Notes: generated by a model from the sequence alone, not told the origin. 64,000 nucleotides of DNA from Selenomonadales bacterium (GCA_018335585.1 JAGXRZ010000040.1:23906-87905); one strand, 5' to 3'. Positions 1-10,924 are shown, counted from the first letter of the stretch. Numbers and translations: made by a program.

Positions 1-1
1 A

Positions 2-1405
2 GAGGTGGCCACCAAGACGCAGGACGTAGCGGGCGACGGCACCACTACCGCTACTTTGTTGGCACAGGCACTTGTGCGCGAAGGGCTAAAGAACGTAACC
101 GCTGGGGCTAACCCCATGATCATCAAGCGCGGCATCGAGAAGGCTGTCGAGGCCGTAGTTGCTGAGATTAAGAGCATGGCCGTGCCCGTAAAGGACAAGG
201 CCGCCATTTCTCAAGTCGCCTCGATTGCTGCTTCTGACGAAGAAATCGGCGCCATCATCGCCGACGCCATGGAGAAGGTCGGCAAAGACGGCGTCATTAC
301 CGTCGAAGAATCCAAGACCTTCACCACCGAGCTGGAAGTTGTCGAAGGCATGGAGTTTGACCGCGGCTATGTTTCCCCCTACATGGTAACCGATGCCGAA
401 AAAATGGAAGCCGTGTTAGAGGAGCCTTACATCCTGGTAACCGACCGCAAGATTAGCGCCATCCACGACATTCTGCCTGTACTAGAAAAGCTCGTACAGC
501 GCGGCAAGCCTTTGCTCATTATTGCCGAAGATGTAGAAGGCGAAGCCCTCGCTACCCTCGTAGTGAACAAGCTGCGCGGTACCTTCACCTGCGTCGCCGT
601 TAAGGCGCCTGGGTTTGGCGACCGCCGCAAGGCTATGCTCGCCGACATCGCTGTACTTACTAAGGCCCAAGTTATCTCCGAAGAGCTCGGCCTCGAGCTT
701 AAGAACACCGACATCTCTATGCTCGGCCGCGCTCGCCAAGTGCGCATCGGCAAAGAGGAAACCGTTATCGTCGAAGGCTACGGCTCAACCGACGAGATTC
801 AAAAGCGCGTAGGCCAGATTAAGGTGCAAATCGAGGAGACTACGTCCGACTTTGACCGCGAGAAGCTACAAGAGCGCCTTGCTAAGCTCGCCGGCGGCGT
901 AGCCGTTATCCGCGTCGGTGCAGCTACCGAAGTCGAAATGAAGGAAAAGAAGCTGCGCATTGAAGACGCTCTGTCGGCGACGCGCGCTGCCGTGGAAGAG
1001 GGCATCGTTCCCGGCGGTGGAATTGCTCTTCTCTCCTCCATCCCCGCACTTGATAAGATTGTGGCCGAAGGCGATATGAAGACAGGGGTAGACATCGTTC
1101 GTCGTGCCCTAGAGTATCCGGTAAAGCAGATTGCCGATAACGCCGGTCTGGAAGGTGCCGTAATCGTGGGTAAGGCCAAAGAGCAGCCTAAGGGCCATGG
1201 CTTTGACGCCCTGCGCACTCGCTGGGTAGACATGATCGAAGTCGGTATCGTCGACCCCGCCAAGGTTACCCGCAGCGCTCTGCAGAACGCCGCGTCTATC
1301 GCCGCCATGATTCTCACGACCGAGACGCTAGTCTCCGACAAGCCTGAGCCTAAGTCCGCTATGCCTAACCCCGGTATGGGTGGCATGGGCGGCATGGACA
1401 TGTAA
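2..1405 (+). CDS. groL: Chaperonin GroEL (60 kDa), 5'-truncated by window edge
   Basis: Translation matches GroEL from ~residue 80 ([15 protein letters not shown]...) to the C-terminal GGM repeat tail GGMGGMDM; frame open to window start. Confidence 0.95.
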   Translation, partial: EVATKTQDVAGDGTTTATLLAQALVREGLKNVTAGANPMIIKRGIEKAVEAVVAEIKSMAVPVKDKAAISQVASIAASDEEIGAIIADAMEKVGKDGVITVEESKTFTTELEVVEGMEFDRGYVSPYMVTDAEKMEAVLEEPYILVTDRKISAIHDILPVLEKLVQRGKPLLIIAEDVEGEALATLVVNKLRGTFTCVAVKAPGFGDRRKAMLADIAVLTKAQVISEELGLELKNTDISMLGRARQVRIGKEETVIVEGYGSTDEIQKRVGQIKVQIEETTSDFDREKLQERLAKLAGGVAVIRVGAATEVEMKEKKLRIEDALSATRAAVEEGIVPGGGIALLSSIPALDKIVAEGDMKTGVDIVRRALEYPVKQIADNAGLEGAVIVGKAKEQPKGHGFDALRTRWVDMIEVGIVDPAKVTRSALQNAASIAAMILTTETLVSDKPEPKSAMPNPGMGGMGGMDM

Positions 1406-1420
1406 GAAACAAGCGCCCGC

Positions 1421-1455
1421 GATAGCCGCCCGAAAAGGGCGGCTATCTTGCACTT
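1421..1455 (+). terminator. Rho-independent terminator after groEL
   Basis: Perfect 11-bp stem gatagccgccc/gggcggctatc with gaaaa loop, then a short T-containing tail. Confidence 0.55.
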
Positions 1456-1504
1456 AACGCCGTCCTCGCATATAGTGGAGTAAGGCAAGGCAGGAGGTGT
1501 GGGA

Positions 1505-2074
1505 GTGGACTTATTTCTCGTGGCGCGACCCACAGGGCGTCTCCTGAGCCTTGCGGCAGAAGTGCAGGAGATGCTAAACAAGCGTTATAGGCTATATGCC
1601 GGGATTCTCCCTCCCCTTCATCTGACGTTAGCACGCATGCAGTTTGCCGATGCGGACGAGCGCAGGCTAGCCCTAGAGCGGACTGCCGAAGCCGCGCGTA
1701 AGACCGACGCTTTCTACGTGCAGGCTAATGGGTATCTTCGCTTTGGCCCGCCGCATCTGGCGATTGGCGCGGCCGTGGTAGGGGATGAGAACCTGTTTCG
1801 CCTGCGCGCGGACTTAGTTACCCACTTAGCCGAGCAACTTGTCGTGCAGCCTAACGACTATTGGAAGCCGCACATCACTCTGGTCTCCGCGACGCACGGG
1901 CGGGCCTGGAGTGAGCAGGAGTGGAAGGCTGCTTATACATCGGTGCTAGATTATGCTTTACAGGCCGAATGTCTCGTCGAAGAGCTAGAGTTATGGTATC
2001 CGCAGTACGACCCTAGCGTACGCTTGTTGGCTAAGTTTAGAATGGGACTTGGGCTAGTGGAGCTCTTAGACTAG
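1505..2074 (+). CDS. 2H phosphoesterase (LigT/ThpR-like RNA 2',3'-cyclic phosphodiesterase)
   Basis: Two H-x-T-x motifs (PLHLTLA and PHITLVS) typical of the 2H superfamily; AGGAGG RBS 7 nt before GTG 1505 (ORF frame opens at 1499). Confidence 0.65.
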   Translation: MDLFLVARPTGRLLSLAAEVQEMLNKRYRLYAGILPPLHLTLARMQFADADERRLALERTAEAARKTDAFYVQANGYLRFGPPHLAIGAAVVGDENLFRLRADLVTHLAEQLVVQPNDYWKPHITLVSATHGRAWSEQEWKAAYTSVLDYALQAECLVEELELWYPQYDPSVRLLAKFRMGLGLVELLD

Positions 2075-2098
2075 AAGGATAGGCAGTTATGGGAGGTA

Positions 2099-2872
2099 GT
2101 GTGGGACATGCTGTTTGCGATTGATGTTGGGAACACAAATATCGTCCTGGGGTTAGCAGATAACGGCAAATGGCTAGACACCTGGCGTATTTCCACGGAC
2201 ATTAAACGCACGGTGGACGAGTACTTTACAATTGTCTCAGCCTTGCTCGCGGCCGCGTCCTATCACCCCGCCGCAGTAAGCGGGGTTATAATCACTAATG
2301 TCGTGCCGCCTATCCAGGGCACGCTCGAACAGGTGGTACATAAGCTCTTTAAGCGCACGCCGTTAGTCGTAGGCGAAGGTGCCCGCACAGGGATTAAAAT
2401 CCGCACCGACAACCCGCGGGAGGTAGGTGCGGACAGGATTGTTAACTCGGTGGCTGCGTATCACCTCTACGGCGGCCCGGCGATTGTGGTAGATTTCGGT
2501 ACGGCGACGACTTTCGATGTCGTCTCTGCGCAAGGGGAATACTTAGGTGGAGCCATTGCGCCCGGCATCGGCATCTCCGCTGAGGCGCTCTTTTTGCGCG
2601 CTTCTAAGCTTAGCCGCGTCGAGCTCGAGCGTCCTAAGCGCGCCATCGGCAAAAACACGGTGGAAAGCATGCAGTCTGGTCTTGTCTTTGGCTATGCCGG
2701 GCTGGTAGAAGGCATGATCGCGCGGCTACAACGCGAATTAGGCCACAAGGCGCAAGTTATCGCGACCGGCGGTCTGGCACGGGTGGTGGCAGCAGAAACG
2801 CAGTGCATTGACCGCATTGACGACTTGCTGACACTAGAGGGGTTGAGGATAATTTGGGGGATGAATGCGTAG
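2099..2872 (+). CDS. coaX: Type III pantothenate kinase CoaX
   Basis: N-terminal AIDVGNTN motif and overall ASKHA-fold CoaX pattern; first gene of a CoA biosynthesis cluster. Confidence 0.85.
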   Translation: MWDMLFAIDVGNTNIVLGLADNGKWLDTWRISTDIKRTVDEYFTIVSALLAAASYHPAAVSGVIITNVVPPIQGTLEQVVHKLFKRTPLVVGEGARTGIKIRTDNPREVGADRIVNSVAAYHLYGGPAIVVDFGTATTFDVVSAQGEYLGGAIAPGIGISAEALFLRASKLSRVELERPKRAIGKNTVESMQSGLVFGYAGLVEGMIARLQRELGHKAQVIATGGLARVVAAETQCIDRIDDLLTLEGLRIIWGMNA

Positions 2873-2879
2873 TAGGGGT

Positions 2880-2992
2880 GCAGTTTGCACTTCGCACTTT
2901 GCACTTTGCACTTCGTAGTGTAATGCTCCAACTGCGAGCAGAGAACGCTACTTTCTCCACTAAGTGCTAAGTGCCAAGTGCCTAGTGCTACC
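2880..2992. repeat. Heptamer tandem-repeat locus A: [GCACTTN]x5, 43-bp spacer, inverted [NAAGTGC]x4
   Basis: gcagttt gcacttc gcacttt gcacttt gcacttc, then ctaagtg ctaagtg ccaagtg cctagtg in opposite orientation; lies between coaX stop and coaBC RBS. Confidence 0.8.
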
Positions 2993-3012
2993 ACGAGACA
3001 AGGAGGCCTCCC

Positions 3013-4191
3013 ATGAGCAAACAACACATCGTCCTCGGCGTAACCGGCAGTATTGCCGTGTATAAGGCAGCTGACTTAACCAGCCGCCTCGTTAAGGCTG
3101 GCTACATTGTCGACGTGATAATGACCAAGGCGGCGCAGGAGTTTGTGCAGCCGCTTACGTTTCAGGCGCTGACGCACCGCCCTGTAGTTACCGAAATGTT
3201 TACGCTGCACAACGAAATGTCGGTTGAGCATATTGCCTTGGCGGAGCGGGCGAATGTGCTCCTCATTGCCCCCGCGACGGCAAACATTATTGCCAAGCTT
3301 AGGCACGGCCTAGCGGACGATATGCTAAGCTGCACGGCGCTGGCCACACGGGCGCCGCTTGTTATCGCTCCCGCCATGAATAACGGCATGTACGAGAATC
3401 CGGTAACGCAAGAGAACATCGCGGTGCTAAAGGCGCGCGGCGTTACTTTTGTCGGCCCGGGCGAAGGGTATCTCGCCTGCGGCACCGTCGGGCGCGGGCG
3501 CCTTACGGAGATTTTGGATATCTTTGATACCGTAAAGATGGTGCTTGGGCGAAGCGGGGACTTAGCGGGACGAAAAGTCGTGATTACAGCGGGAGGTACA
3601 GAAGAACCGATTGATCCTGTGCGCTGTATTACTAACCGCTCCTCCGGCAAAATGGGCTATGCCTTAGCCGAGGCGGCGCGCGACCGCGGCGCGTCTGTGA
3701 CGCTAATCGCAGGCCCCACCAGCCTCCGCGCTCCCTACGGCGTCAACTGCGTTCCCGTACGCACCGCCCTGGAGATGCTTGCGGCAGTGCAGGCAGCCAC
3801 ACGCGACTGCGACGCCTTGGTGATGGCCGCCGCCGTCGCCGATTACCGCGTGGCCGAGGTGGCCGAACAAAAGATAAAGAAAGCCGCCAAAACTCTCAGC
3901 CTAGAGCTAGTAAAGAACCCGGACATTCTCGCTAGTCTTACCGGCGACTTTGCTAAAATAGGCTTTGCCGCCGAAAGCCAAGACCTCTTGGCTAACGCCG
4001 CGGCCAAACTAGAAGCCAAAGGACTGCACATGATTGTAGCTAACGACATCACACGCGCGGGTAGCGGCTTTGGCACAGAAACCAACGAAGCCACCCTGCT
4101 CTACCGGGGCGGCCGCCGCGAAGCTTTGCCGCTGATGACAAAAGAACGCCTAGCGCATATAATACTGGATAGACTAACCGACCTATACTAG
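3013..4191 (+). CDS. coaBC: Bifunctional phosphopantothenoylcysteine decarboxylase / phosphopantothenate-cysteine ligase CoaBC
   Basis: N-terminal flavoprotein domain (GVTGSIAVYK...) plus C-terminal CoaB ligase domain; 392 aa; GGAGG RBS. Confidence 0.9.
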   Translation: MSKQHIVLGVTGSIAVYKAADLTSRLVKAGYIVDVIMTKAAQEFVQPLTFQALTHRPVVTEMFTLHNEMSVEHIALAERANVLLIAPATANIIAKLRHGLADDMLSCTALATRAPLVIAPAMNNGMYENPVTQENIAVLKARGVTFVGPGEGYLACGTVGRGRLTEILDIFDTVKMVLGRSGDLAGRKVVITAGGTEEPIDPVRCITNRSSGKMGYALAEAARDRGASVTLIAGPTSLRAPYGVNCVPVRTALEMLAAVQAATRDCDALVMAAAVADYRVAEVAEQKIKKAAKTLSLELVKNPDILASLTGDFAKIGFAAESQDLLANAAAKLEAKGLHMIVANDITRAGSGFGTETNEATLLYRGGRREALPLMTKERLAHIILDRLTDLY

Positions 4192-4234
4192 TTTCGTCGT
4201 GCGCTTGGATCATTTATGACCGAGACGTTTGCGA

Positions 4235-4271
4235 AGCGGCTCTTAAGCCCATGCCAACGTTTGGCGTGGGC
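4235..4271 (+). terminator. Rho-independent terminator after coaBC
   Basis: Stem gcccatgccaa/ttggcgtgggc (one G.U) followed by TTTTTTATT; the upstream part of ORF 4216.. overlaps it and is not coding. Confidence 0.6.
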
Positions 4272-4308
4272 TTTTTTATTAACTTTAGGTAAAGGGGTGC
4301 GAGGCGCC

Positions 4309-5271
4309 ATGAGCGAGATACCGTCCGTCGGCGTTATTGGCGTTGGGCGGTTAGGCACAGCACTGTGCGCGTGCTTAGCGCAGGCCGGCCTGCCGCTTGC
4401 CGCAATAGCCAGCCGACGCAGAGAACGTGCCGAAGAGCTTGCGCGGGCTTTGGCTGCGAACTACGGCTGCCAGGTACGCGCGGTAGAGACAAGCGACATG
4501 GCAAGCTACGCCGACCTTATCTTTGTGGCGACTCCGGACGGGGCCATCTCTCTGGTTGCAGGCTGCGTGGCCTGGCGTAAAGGACAGATCGCCGTACACG
4601 TAAGCGGCGCCGAGACGTTAGGGGTGCTCGGGGAGGCAGCACAAGCAGGCGCAAGTCGCGCTTCGTTTCACCCCCTTAACACCTTCCCTGCGGTGCCGTG
4701 GGACAAGCCCGGTCTGGCTTTTGCGGCAGCTACGTTGGCCCACTCTTACGTCGCCTTAGCCGCAGACCAGGCACAGGCGGAAGAGACGCTCAAGCAGCTC
4801 GCTTCGTCCATTTGCCGTGGGTACTTCACGGTGCGAGAAAGCGACCGCGTGCTCTACCACGCGGCGGCCGTCTTTGCCTCTAATTTCGTCACGGGGCTAG
4901 TGGGGGCAAGTCTTGGTCTGTGGCAGACTATAGGGTACGGTGAGCGCGAGGCCCTCGCCTTTATGGCCCCCCTTATGAGTAGCGCCTGCGCAAATATACT
5001 TCGCCTAGGCCCTGTGCAGGCTCTAACCGGGCCTGCGGCGCGAGGGGACGTCGCCACGGTGGCCAAGCACTTAGAGGCCCTCGCAGCATTGCCCGCGGAG
5101 GCCGGCCTAGCGGAACTTTACCGCGCCCTAACCTTAGCCCTGCTGCCGCTAGCGCGAGGAGCGGGGACTTTAAGCCAAGCGTCCGACGTGAAAGTACGAC
5201 AACTACTGATAAAGGAGCATGAACATGCGCGAAATGATGAAGTCCAAAATTCACCGTGCCACAGTAATTGA
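4309..5271 (+). CDS. Rossmann-fold DUF2520 family protein, PanG-like putative ketopantoate reductase
   Basis: GVIGVGRLG dinucleotide-binding motif at N-terminus; ATG 4309 lies just after the terminator; embedded between coaBC and panDBC where no panE is present. Confidence 0.5.
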   Translation: MSEIPSVGVIGVGRLGTALCACLAQAGLPLAAIASRRRERAEELARALAANYGCQVRAVETSDMASYADLIFVATPDGAISLVAGCVAWRKGQIAVHVSGAETLGVLGEAAQAGASRASFHPLNTFPAVPWDKPGLAFAAATLAHSYVALAADQAQAEETLKQLASSICRGYFTVRESDRVLYHAAAVFASNFVTGLVGASLGLWQTIGYGEREALAFMAPLMSSACANILRLGPVQALTGPAARGDVATVAKHLEALAALPAEAGLAELYRALTLALLPLARGAGTLSQASDVKVRQLLIKEHEHARNDEVQNSPCHSN

Positions 5272-5590
5272 CTCGAACCTAAACTACGAAGGGAGCATCA
5301 CTGTAGACCCCGACTTGTTAGACTTAGCCGATATCTTGCCGCACGAGAAGGTGCAGGTGGTAGTAGTCAACAACGGTGCACGCTTTGAAACCTACGCCAT
5401 TACCGGCGAGCGCGGTTCCGGGATGATTTGCGTCAACGGTGCGGCAGCAAGGCTTGTGCAGCCAGGGGACACGATTATTATCATTAGTTATCAACTGATG
5501 TCGACGCAAGAGGCGCGGGTACACGTGCCGCGCGTGGTGCACGTCGACAGCAATAACCGACCAATGCGGGGAGGGGATGGCAAGAAATGA
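5225..5590 (+). CDS. panD: Aspartate 1-decarboxylase PanD (pyruvoyl-dependent)
   Basis: [14 protein letters not shown]...[10 protein letters not shown]... matches PanD including the self-cleavage GS site; AAGGAG RBS 8 nt upstream of ATG 5225. Confidence 0.9.
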   Translation: MREMMKSKIHRATVIDSNLNYEGSITVDPDLLDLADILPHEKVQVVVVNNGARFETYAITGERGSGMICVNGAAARLVQPGDTIIIISYQLMSTQEARVHVPRVVHVDSNNRPMRGGDGKK

Positions 5591-6363
5591 GGATTTCTAT
5601 CCATGAGTTAAAAAAGATGAAGGCGGCAGGTCAGAAGATAGCCGCCTTAACCGCTTACGACTACCCTACCGCCAAGCTCGTCGATGAGTGTGGCATCCCC
5701 ATCATCCTAGTAGGCGATAGCCTAGGCATGGTCGTACTCGGCCTTGAGTCCACTATTCCTGTGACCATGGAGGTTATGCTGCACCATGTGGCTGCTGTAG
5801 CGCGTGGGGCGAAGCGCGCCATTATCGTCGGCGATATGCCGTTTGGCACATACCACTTGTCGTCTGAGGACGCTCTGCGTAACGCCATACGCCTAGTGCA
5901 GCAAGGAGGCGCTACGGCCGTAAAGCTTGAGGGCGGCGTCACGGTCGCAGCTCAGGTAGAAAGAATCGTCTCGTCAGGCATTCCTGTCATGGGACATATC
6001 GGTCTAACCCCGCAATACGTGCATCAACTTGGCGGGTACAAAGTCCAAGGCAAATCAGCCGATGCGGCAGAACGATTGCTCGCCGATGCTAAGGCGCTCG
6101 AGAGCGCTGGCGTCTTCTCTGTGGTGCTTGAGTGCATGCCAAGCAGCCTTGCGGCAGAGATAAGCCAAAGCGTCGCCGTGCCGACGATTGGCATTGGCGC
6201 CGGGCCGCACTGCGACGGCCAAATCCAAGTGATTAGCGATGTGTTAGGGTTAAGCGACTACATCCCCAAACACGCCAAGCAGTTTGTTAAGCTGCCTGAC
6301 GTAATCCGCGGAGTGGTGCAAGCGTATGCCGATGAGGTGACGCGGGGAGTATTTGGCGCATGA
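5587..6363 (+). CDS. panB: 3-methyl-2-oxobutanoate hydroxymethyltransferase PanB
   Basis: 258 aa, TAYDYPTAK...VGDSLGMV motif region typical of PanB; start overlaps panD stop. Confidence 0.9.
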   Translation: MRISIHELKKMKAAGQKIAALTAYDYPTAKLVDECGIPIILVGDSLGMVVLGLESTIPVTMEVMLHHVAAVARGAKRAIIVGDMPFGTYHLSSEDALRNAIRLVQQGGATAVKLEGGVTVAAQVERIVSSGIPVMGHIGLTPQYVHQLGGYKVQGKSADAAERLLADAKALESAGVFSVVLECMPSSLAAEISQSVAVPTIGIGAGPHCDGQIQVISDVLGLSDYIPKHAKQFVKLPDVIRGVVQAYADEVTRGVFGA

Positions 6364-7217
6364 AAATAGTCACGACCATAGCTGAACTGCGTTCCCTCCG
6401 GTCTACCTATGGGGCGGACGACCTTGGTCTTGTACCTACCATGGGGTATCTGCATGCCGGGCATCTTAGTCTCGTAGAGCGCTCTGTGGCCGAGAACAAG
6501 CACACGATAGCGAGCATCTTTGTTAACCCTACGCAGTTTGGGCCAAACGAGGACCTAGCGCGTTACCCACGCGACTTAGAACGTGACTTAGCTCTCCTTA
6601 ATCCACTTGGCCTCGACTGCGTTTTCGCACCTAGCCCCAGCGAAATATACCCGACAGGGCCGGCACTTGGCACCACTGTAACTGTGCATGGGCCAACCGA
6701 GCGTCTTGAGGGGGCGGCTCGGCCCGGTCATTTCGAGGGTGTCGCCACCGTTGTAGCCAAGCTCTTTAACATCATATGTCCTACGCGTGCCTACTTCGGC
6801 CAAAAGGACGCACAGCAAGTCGCGGTCATTACTAAGATGGTGCAAGACCTTAACTTCCCTGTCGAGATGGTGGTCTGCCCCACCGTGCGCGAGGCAGACG
6901 GCCTAGCCATGAGCAGCCGGAACGTCTTTCTTACCCCCACCGACCGCGCGACGGCTAGGCTTATTTCCGCTGGCTTGTTTGCGGCAAAGGCGCTGTGGCA
7001 AGTGGGGGAGCGCAATGCGGATGCTCTAGAGGCTGCGGTGGCGCGGTGCATGCGGCCGGGCAACTTTGTTAGCATTGATTACATCGCGGTTGTTGACCCA
7101 CTCACGTTTCTGCCCTACGCGGGGGACGCGCCTACCGCCCTAATTGCCGTGGCGGCGCGCGTAGGGACAACGCGCTTGATAGACAACGTCTTGCTTTCGT
7201 GCCCCTCGCCCATGTGA
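6360..7217 (+). CDS. panC: Pantoate--beta-alanine ligase PanC
   Basis: VPTMGYLHAGHLSL HIGH-type nucleotidyltransferase motif and FGQKD motif; overlaps panB stop. Confidence 0.9.
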   Translation: MKIVTTIAELRSLRSTYGADDLGLVPTMGYLHAGHLSLVERSVAENKHTIASIFVNPTQFGPNEDLARYPRDLERDLALLNPLGLDCVFAPSPSEIYPTGPALGTTVTVHGPTERLEGAARPGHFEGVATVVAKLFNIICPTRAYFGQKDAQQVAVITKMVQDLNFPVEMVVCPTVREADGLAMSSRNVFLTPTDRATARLISAGLFAAKALWQVGERNADALEAAVARCMRPGNFVSIDYIAVVDPLTFLPYAGDAPTALIAVAARVGTTRLIDNVLLSCPSPM

Positions 7218-7250
7218 TATAATTTCCCCAAGCGGAAGGGGGAAGGCGCT

Positions 7251-8792
7251 ATGCAGGGCAAGCACCAGCTCGTAATTATTCTCGATTTTGGCGGCCAATA
7301 CGCGCAGCTTATCGCCCGGCGCACCCGTGAGCTTGGAGTCTATTCTGAGATTTGGTCGCACCAGACGGGAGCTGTGGCCATTAAAGAGGCGCGTCCGCTG
7401 GCCGTTATCTTTTCCGGCGGGCCTAACTCGGTCTACGCCGACCATGCGCCCGGAGTGGACGAAGACATCTTCCACCTCGGCATCCCCATTCTCGGCATCT
7501 GCTACGGCATGCAGCTAATGGCGCGAGCGCTTGGCGGAGAGGTTGCCCCTACGCTACATAAGAGGGAGTACGGCCGCGCCGACGTAGTTGTCACCGAGCA
7601 AAGCGGCATCTTTGCCGGCCTGCCCGACCGTTTCCCGGTGTGGATGAGCCACGGCGATTCCGTAGTTAAACTGCCGCCCGAGTTTGTTAACGCGGCTCAC
7701 ACTGCAAACACGCCGGTCGCAGCCATGTACAGCTCTGCACTCAAAATGGTAGGCACACAGTTTCATCCCGAGGTTACACACGGCGCGTACGGCATGGATA
7801 TGTTAAAGAATTTCCTCTTTGACATTGCCGGGGCGGCAGGCGACTGGGGCATGAAGTCGTTTGTGTCCGAGGCTACTGCGGAAATTCAGCGCCTCGTTGG
7901 GGATAGCCAAGTTATGTGCGGCTTAAGTGGCGGTGTGGACTCGGCGGTGGCGGCAGTGCTTGTGCATCGCGCCGTAGGCCAGAAGCTCACCTCTATCTTT
8001 GTTGACCACGGCATGTTGCGCAAGGGCGAGGCCGAGCAAGTAGTAAAGACGTTTCGCGACCAATTAGGCATGAAATTAATCCACGTCGACGCGAGCGACC
8101 GTTTTCTTGCCAAGCTAGAAGGCATTACCGACCCAGAGCAAAAGCGCAAGATTATCGGGACGGAGTTCATTCGCGTCTTTGAGGAACAAGCCAAAGAAGT
8201 GAGTGCGGCTAAGTTCCTGGTGCAAGGCACGCTCTATCCCGACGTCATCGAGAGCGGTACCGCGACCGCAGCGACGATTAAGACTCATCACAATGTCGGC
8301 GGTCTCCCTAAGGACATGAAGTTTGAGCTGCTTGAGCCGCTTCGTCAGCTTTTTAAGGACGAAGTGCGTGCAATCGGGCGCAAGCTTGGATTGCCCGACG
8401 CCGTGGTGGACAGGCATCCGTTCCCAGGCCCCGGGCTAGCCGTACGCATTGTAGGCGAGATTACGCGGCCAAAGCTCGCCGTGTTGCGCGAGGCCGACCA
8501 CATCGTGCGCGAGGAGGTCGTGCGGGCCGGGCTGCACAAGGAGATATGGCAGTGCTTTGCCGTGCTCCCAGGCGTCCGCACTGTCGGGGTAATGGGGGAT
8601 GAGCGTACATATGCCGAGGTTATCGCGGTGCGCGCGGTGTCGTCGGTCGACGCCATGACCGCCGATTGGTACCGTATGCCGCACGAAGTGCTAGACGTCA
8701 TCTCCCGCCGGATTGTCAACGAAGTAAAGGGCGTAAACCGTGTCGTCTACGACATAACGTCCAAACCGCCCGGAACTATCGAGTGGGAATAA
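7251..8792 (+). CDS. guaA: GMP synthase (glutamine-hydrolysing) GuaA
   Basis: N-terminal class I glutamine amidotransferase plus SGGVDS PP-loop ATP pyrophosphatase motif; C-terminal ...PGTIEWE; TATAAT-like -10 and GGAAGGGGGAAGG RBS upstream. Confidence 0.95.
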   Translation: MQGKHQLVIILDFGGQYAQLIARRTRELGVYSEIWSHQTGAVAIKEARPLAVIFSGGPNSVYADHAPGVDEDIFHLGIPILGICYGMQLMARALGGEVAPTLHKREYGRADVVVTEQSGIFAGLPDRFPVWMSHGDSVVKLPPEFVNAAHTANTPVAAMYSSALKMVGTQFHPEVTHGAYGMDMLKNFLFDIAGAAGDWGMKSFVSEATAEIQRLVGDSQVMCGLSGGVDSAVAAVLVHRAVGQKLTSIFVDHGMLRKGEAEQVVKTFRDQLGMKLIHVDASDRFLAKLEGITDPEQKRKIIGTEFIRVFEEQAKEVSAAKFLVQGTLYPDVIESGTATAATIKTHHNVGGLPKDMKFELLEPLRQLFKDEVRAIGRKLGLPDAVVDRHPFPGPGLAVRIVGEITRPKLAVLREADHIVREEVVRAGLHKEIWQCFAVLPGVRTVGVMGDERTYAEVIAVRAVSSVDAMTADWYRMPHEVLDVISRRIVNEVKGVNRVVYDITSKPPGTIEWE

Positions 8793-8805
8793 TCTAGACG
8801 CACCA

Positions 8806-8843
8806 AAGTCCTGCAGGGAACGCTCTGCAGGACTTTGTTTTTT
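8806..8843 (+). terminator. Rho-independent terminator after guaA
   Basis: aagtcctgcag / ctgcaggactt 11-bp stem with 8-nt loop followed by TGTTTTTT. Confidence 0.8.
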
Positions 8844-8995
8844 GGGAAAATTGCGCCTCTTTGCAGGATATCCAACCGGCGGTAGCGAATAGTGCTCTAC
8901 CACAATGGAGGTGAGAAGTGTCAGCACGGTGTACAGGGTGGCGAATTTGTTGTGGGCTTACCAAATAGTTGCCATCTACTAAGGGAGGAGACGCA

Positions 8996-9514
8996 TTGGA
9001 GAACAGGGGGAGCGCGCCTAAGTTTGTGACGTTTCTGCACGAGCGGCTCGAGGCCATCCTGATGTGGCTAGTCTACCCGCTAGTCGCCGTCATGGTAGCA
9101 GAAATTGTTGCGCGGTATTTTTTCTTGCGCCCATTGCCGTGGGTGCGGGACGTGTCAGTTTGGCTTTTCGCTGTACCTTTTTTGCTCACAGTCGCGCACT
9201 ACTACAACAAGCGCGCCCACATCTCAGCTGAGGACTTGGTTTACGCCTTTCGCTTAAACGATGCGCAGCGCGCCACTATCGACCTAATTCACAACCTCAT
9301 CCTGCTAGCGGTGGCCGGGTTTCTCTTCTGGCCCGCGACGCAGGCGGTGCTGCGCTCATTTGCGCTGCAGGAGCTTTCCGGCATGACCACCTGGCGGCCC
9401 ATACTCTGGCCGTTTCGCGCCGTCATCCCCGCGGCCATGCTCTTGCTTGGGGCTCAGGCTGTAGTTGGGATCCTGGAGTCCGTACAGAAACTGCGGGGGG
9501 TGGATAAGCCGTGA
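8996..9514 (+). CDS. dctQ: TRAP transporter small permease (DctQ family)
   Basis: ~170 aa, four hydrophobic helices, precedes DctM; AGGGAGGAG RBS before TTG 8996 (ORF opens at 8969). Confidence 0.7.
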   Translation: MENRGSAPKFVTFLHERLEAILMWLVYPLVAVMVAEIVARYFFLRPLPWVRDVSVWLFAVPFLLTVAHYYNKRAHISAEDLVYAFRLNDAQRATIDLIHNLILLAVAGFLFWPATQAVLRSFALQELSGMTTWRPILWPFRAVIPAAMLLLGAQAVVGILESVQKLRGVDKP

Positions 9515-10839
9515 ATCCTGCAGTGCTTACGGCGGTGATGTTCGTCCTCCTCTTGGCTGGCATCGGCTCCGGCATGCCGGTAGCTTCAGTCTTAGCGGGT
9601 TTGGGTTTGTTCACTGGATTGGCCACCTGGGGTATGCGCTCCATGCCGATTATGGTTTCGGCCATCTTTGGCACGATGACCAGCGACGTGCTTATTGCCT
9701 TGCCGCTCTTTGTGTTTATGGGCTGTATGATGGAGGCCTCCGGTGTAGCGGACCGGCTCTTTATGAATCTGCGCGTGTTGTTAGGCTCTATGCGCGGCGG
9801 CTTAGGTATTGTGGCTATCTTGTTGGCTACAGTCTTGGCCGCAACCACTGGCATTATCGGGGCCTCGATAGTGATGATGGCGGCACTCGCACTGCCAAGC
9901 ATGCTAAAGGCCGAGTACGATAAGCCTTTGGCCGCGGGCATCATTTGCGCAGGCGGCAGTCTAGGCATCCTTATCCCGCCAAGTAACATGCTGATCATCT
10001 ATGCTCTGTCGGCAGGCGTTTCGGTCGTGTCGCTGTTTGCTGCGGCTGTTATTCCCGGCTTGTTGCTCGCTGCCTTGTATGTAGCTTATGTGGCTATTCG
10101 CTGTCACCTGCGGCCGGAGCTAGGTCCGCCGCTGCCGCCAGAAGAAAGAGGGAAAATCCGATTGATGCCTTTTCTGGGCGATTTGCTCACCTCCCTAGTG
10201 CCGCCCGTGCTGCTTATTGTCGCAGTGCTTGGCACTATCTTTCTAGGGATTGCCGCGCCGGTCGAAGCATCGGCGGCAGGCGCGTTTGGCGCGACGCTGC
10301 TAGCGGCCATGAACAAGCGGGTCAGCTTGGACGTGTTGAAAAAGGCTGCCCAGCATACCCTGCAGATCTCAAGCACCATTTTGTGGTTAGTGGTAGGCGC
10401 GAGTATGTTTACCTCGATCTTCCTCGTGCTCGGGGGAGGGCGGGTAGTGCACGATGCGATGATGAGTGTAGCTGGGGGCAATGCCTGGGTCGTTCTCGCC
10501 ATAATGATGGTCCTCCTCTTTGTCCTAGGTAAACTCATCTGTTGGGTAGGTATTCTGCTCATTACCGTCCCCATCTTCACCCCGATAGCGACCAGCCTCG
10601 GATTTAACCCGATTTGGTTTGCCTTGCTCGTGTGCGTTAACCTGCAGATGTCGCTCTTGACACCGCCTTTTGCTTACTCCATCTTCTACCTCAAGCAGGC
10701 GGCACCACCCGAAGTCACGCTGTTTCATATGTACAAGGGCGTGTGGCCGTTTATTGCGCTGCAGGCGGTGGGCTTACTACTCATCATCATTTTCCCAGAC
10801 TTGGTGCTCTGGCTTCCTAGCTTGCTCTATCAACGCTGA
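9511..10839 (+). CDS. dctM: TRAP transporter large permease (DctM family)
   Basis: 442 aa polytopic membrane protein with DctM-like pattern; start overlaps dctQ stop (translational coupling). Confidence 0.85.
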   Translation: MNPAVLTAVMFVLLLAGIGSGMPVASVLAGLGLFTGLATWGMRSMPIMVSAIFGTMTSDVLIALPLFVFMGCMMEASGVADRLFMNLRVLLGSMRGGLGIVAILLATVLAATTGIIGASIVMMAALALPSMLKAEYDKPLAAGIICAGGSLGILIPPSNMLIIYALSAGVSVVSLFAAAVIPGLLLAALYVAYVAIRCHLRPELGPPLPPEERGKIRLMPFLGDLLTSLVPPVLLIVAVLGTIFLGIAAPVEASAAGAFGATLLAAMNKRVSLDVLKKAAQHTLQISSTILWLVVGASMFTSIFLVLGGGRVVHDAMMSVAGGNAWVVLAIMMVLLFVLGKLICWVGILLITVPIFTPIATSLGFNPIWFALLVCVNLQMSLLTPPFAYSIFYLKQAAPPEVTLFHMYKGVWPFIALQAVGLLLIIIFPDLVLWLPSLLYQR

Positions 10840-10924
10840 CGTTTCCCGGCCTACCTTCATGGCAGTAAAGAACAGCAGTGTTCTTTGACGCACTACTCAT
10901 TCTACGAATGGAGGTTTGAATCAG

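Noticed and set aside
427-1581. Several 60-260-aa ORFs antisense to groEL, and similar antisense ORFs throughout (for example 9423-9998, 19179-19433, 36081-36659, 39369-39941, 45218-45736)
   Set aside because: High-GC shadow ORFs fully embedded in, and opposite to, strongly supported conserved genes; no RBS and no motifs.
4216-4308. Longer N-terminus of the DUF2520 protein starting at 4216
   Set aside because: This region contains the coaBC intrinsic terminator (hairpin + T-run); the Rossmann GxGxxG motif and RBS fit the ATG at 4309.
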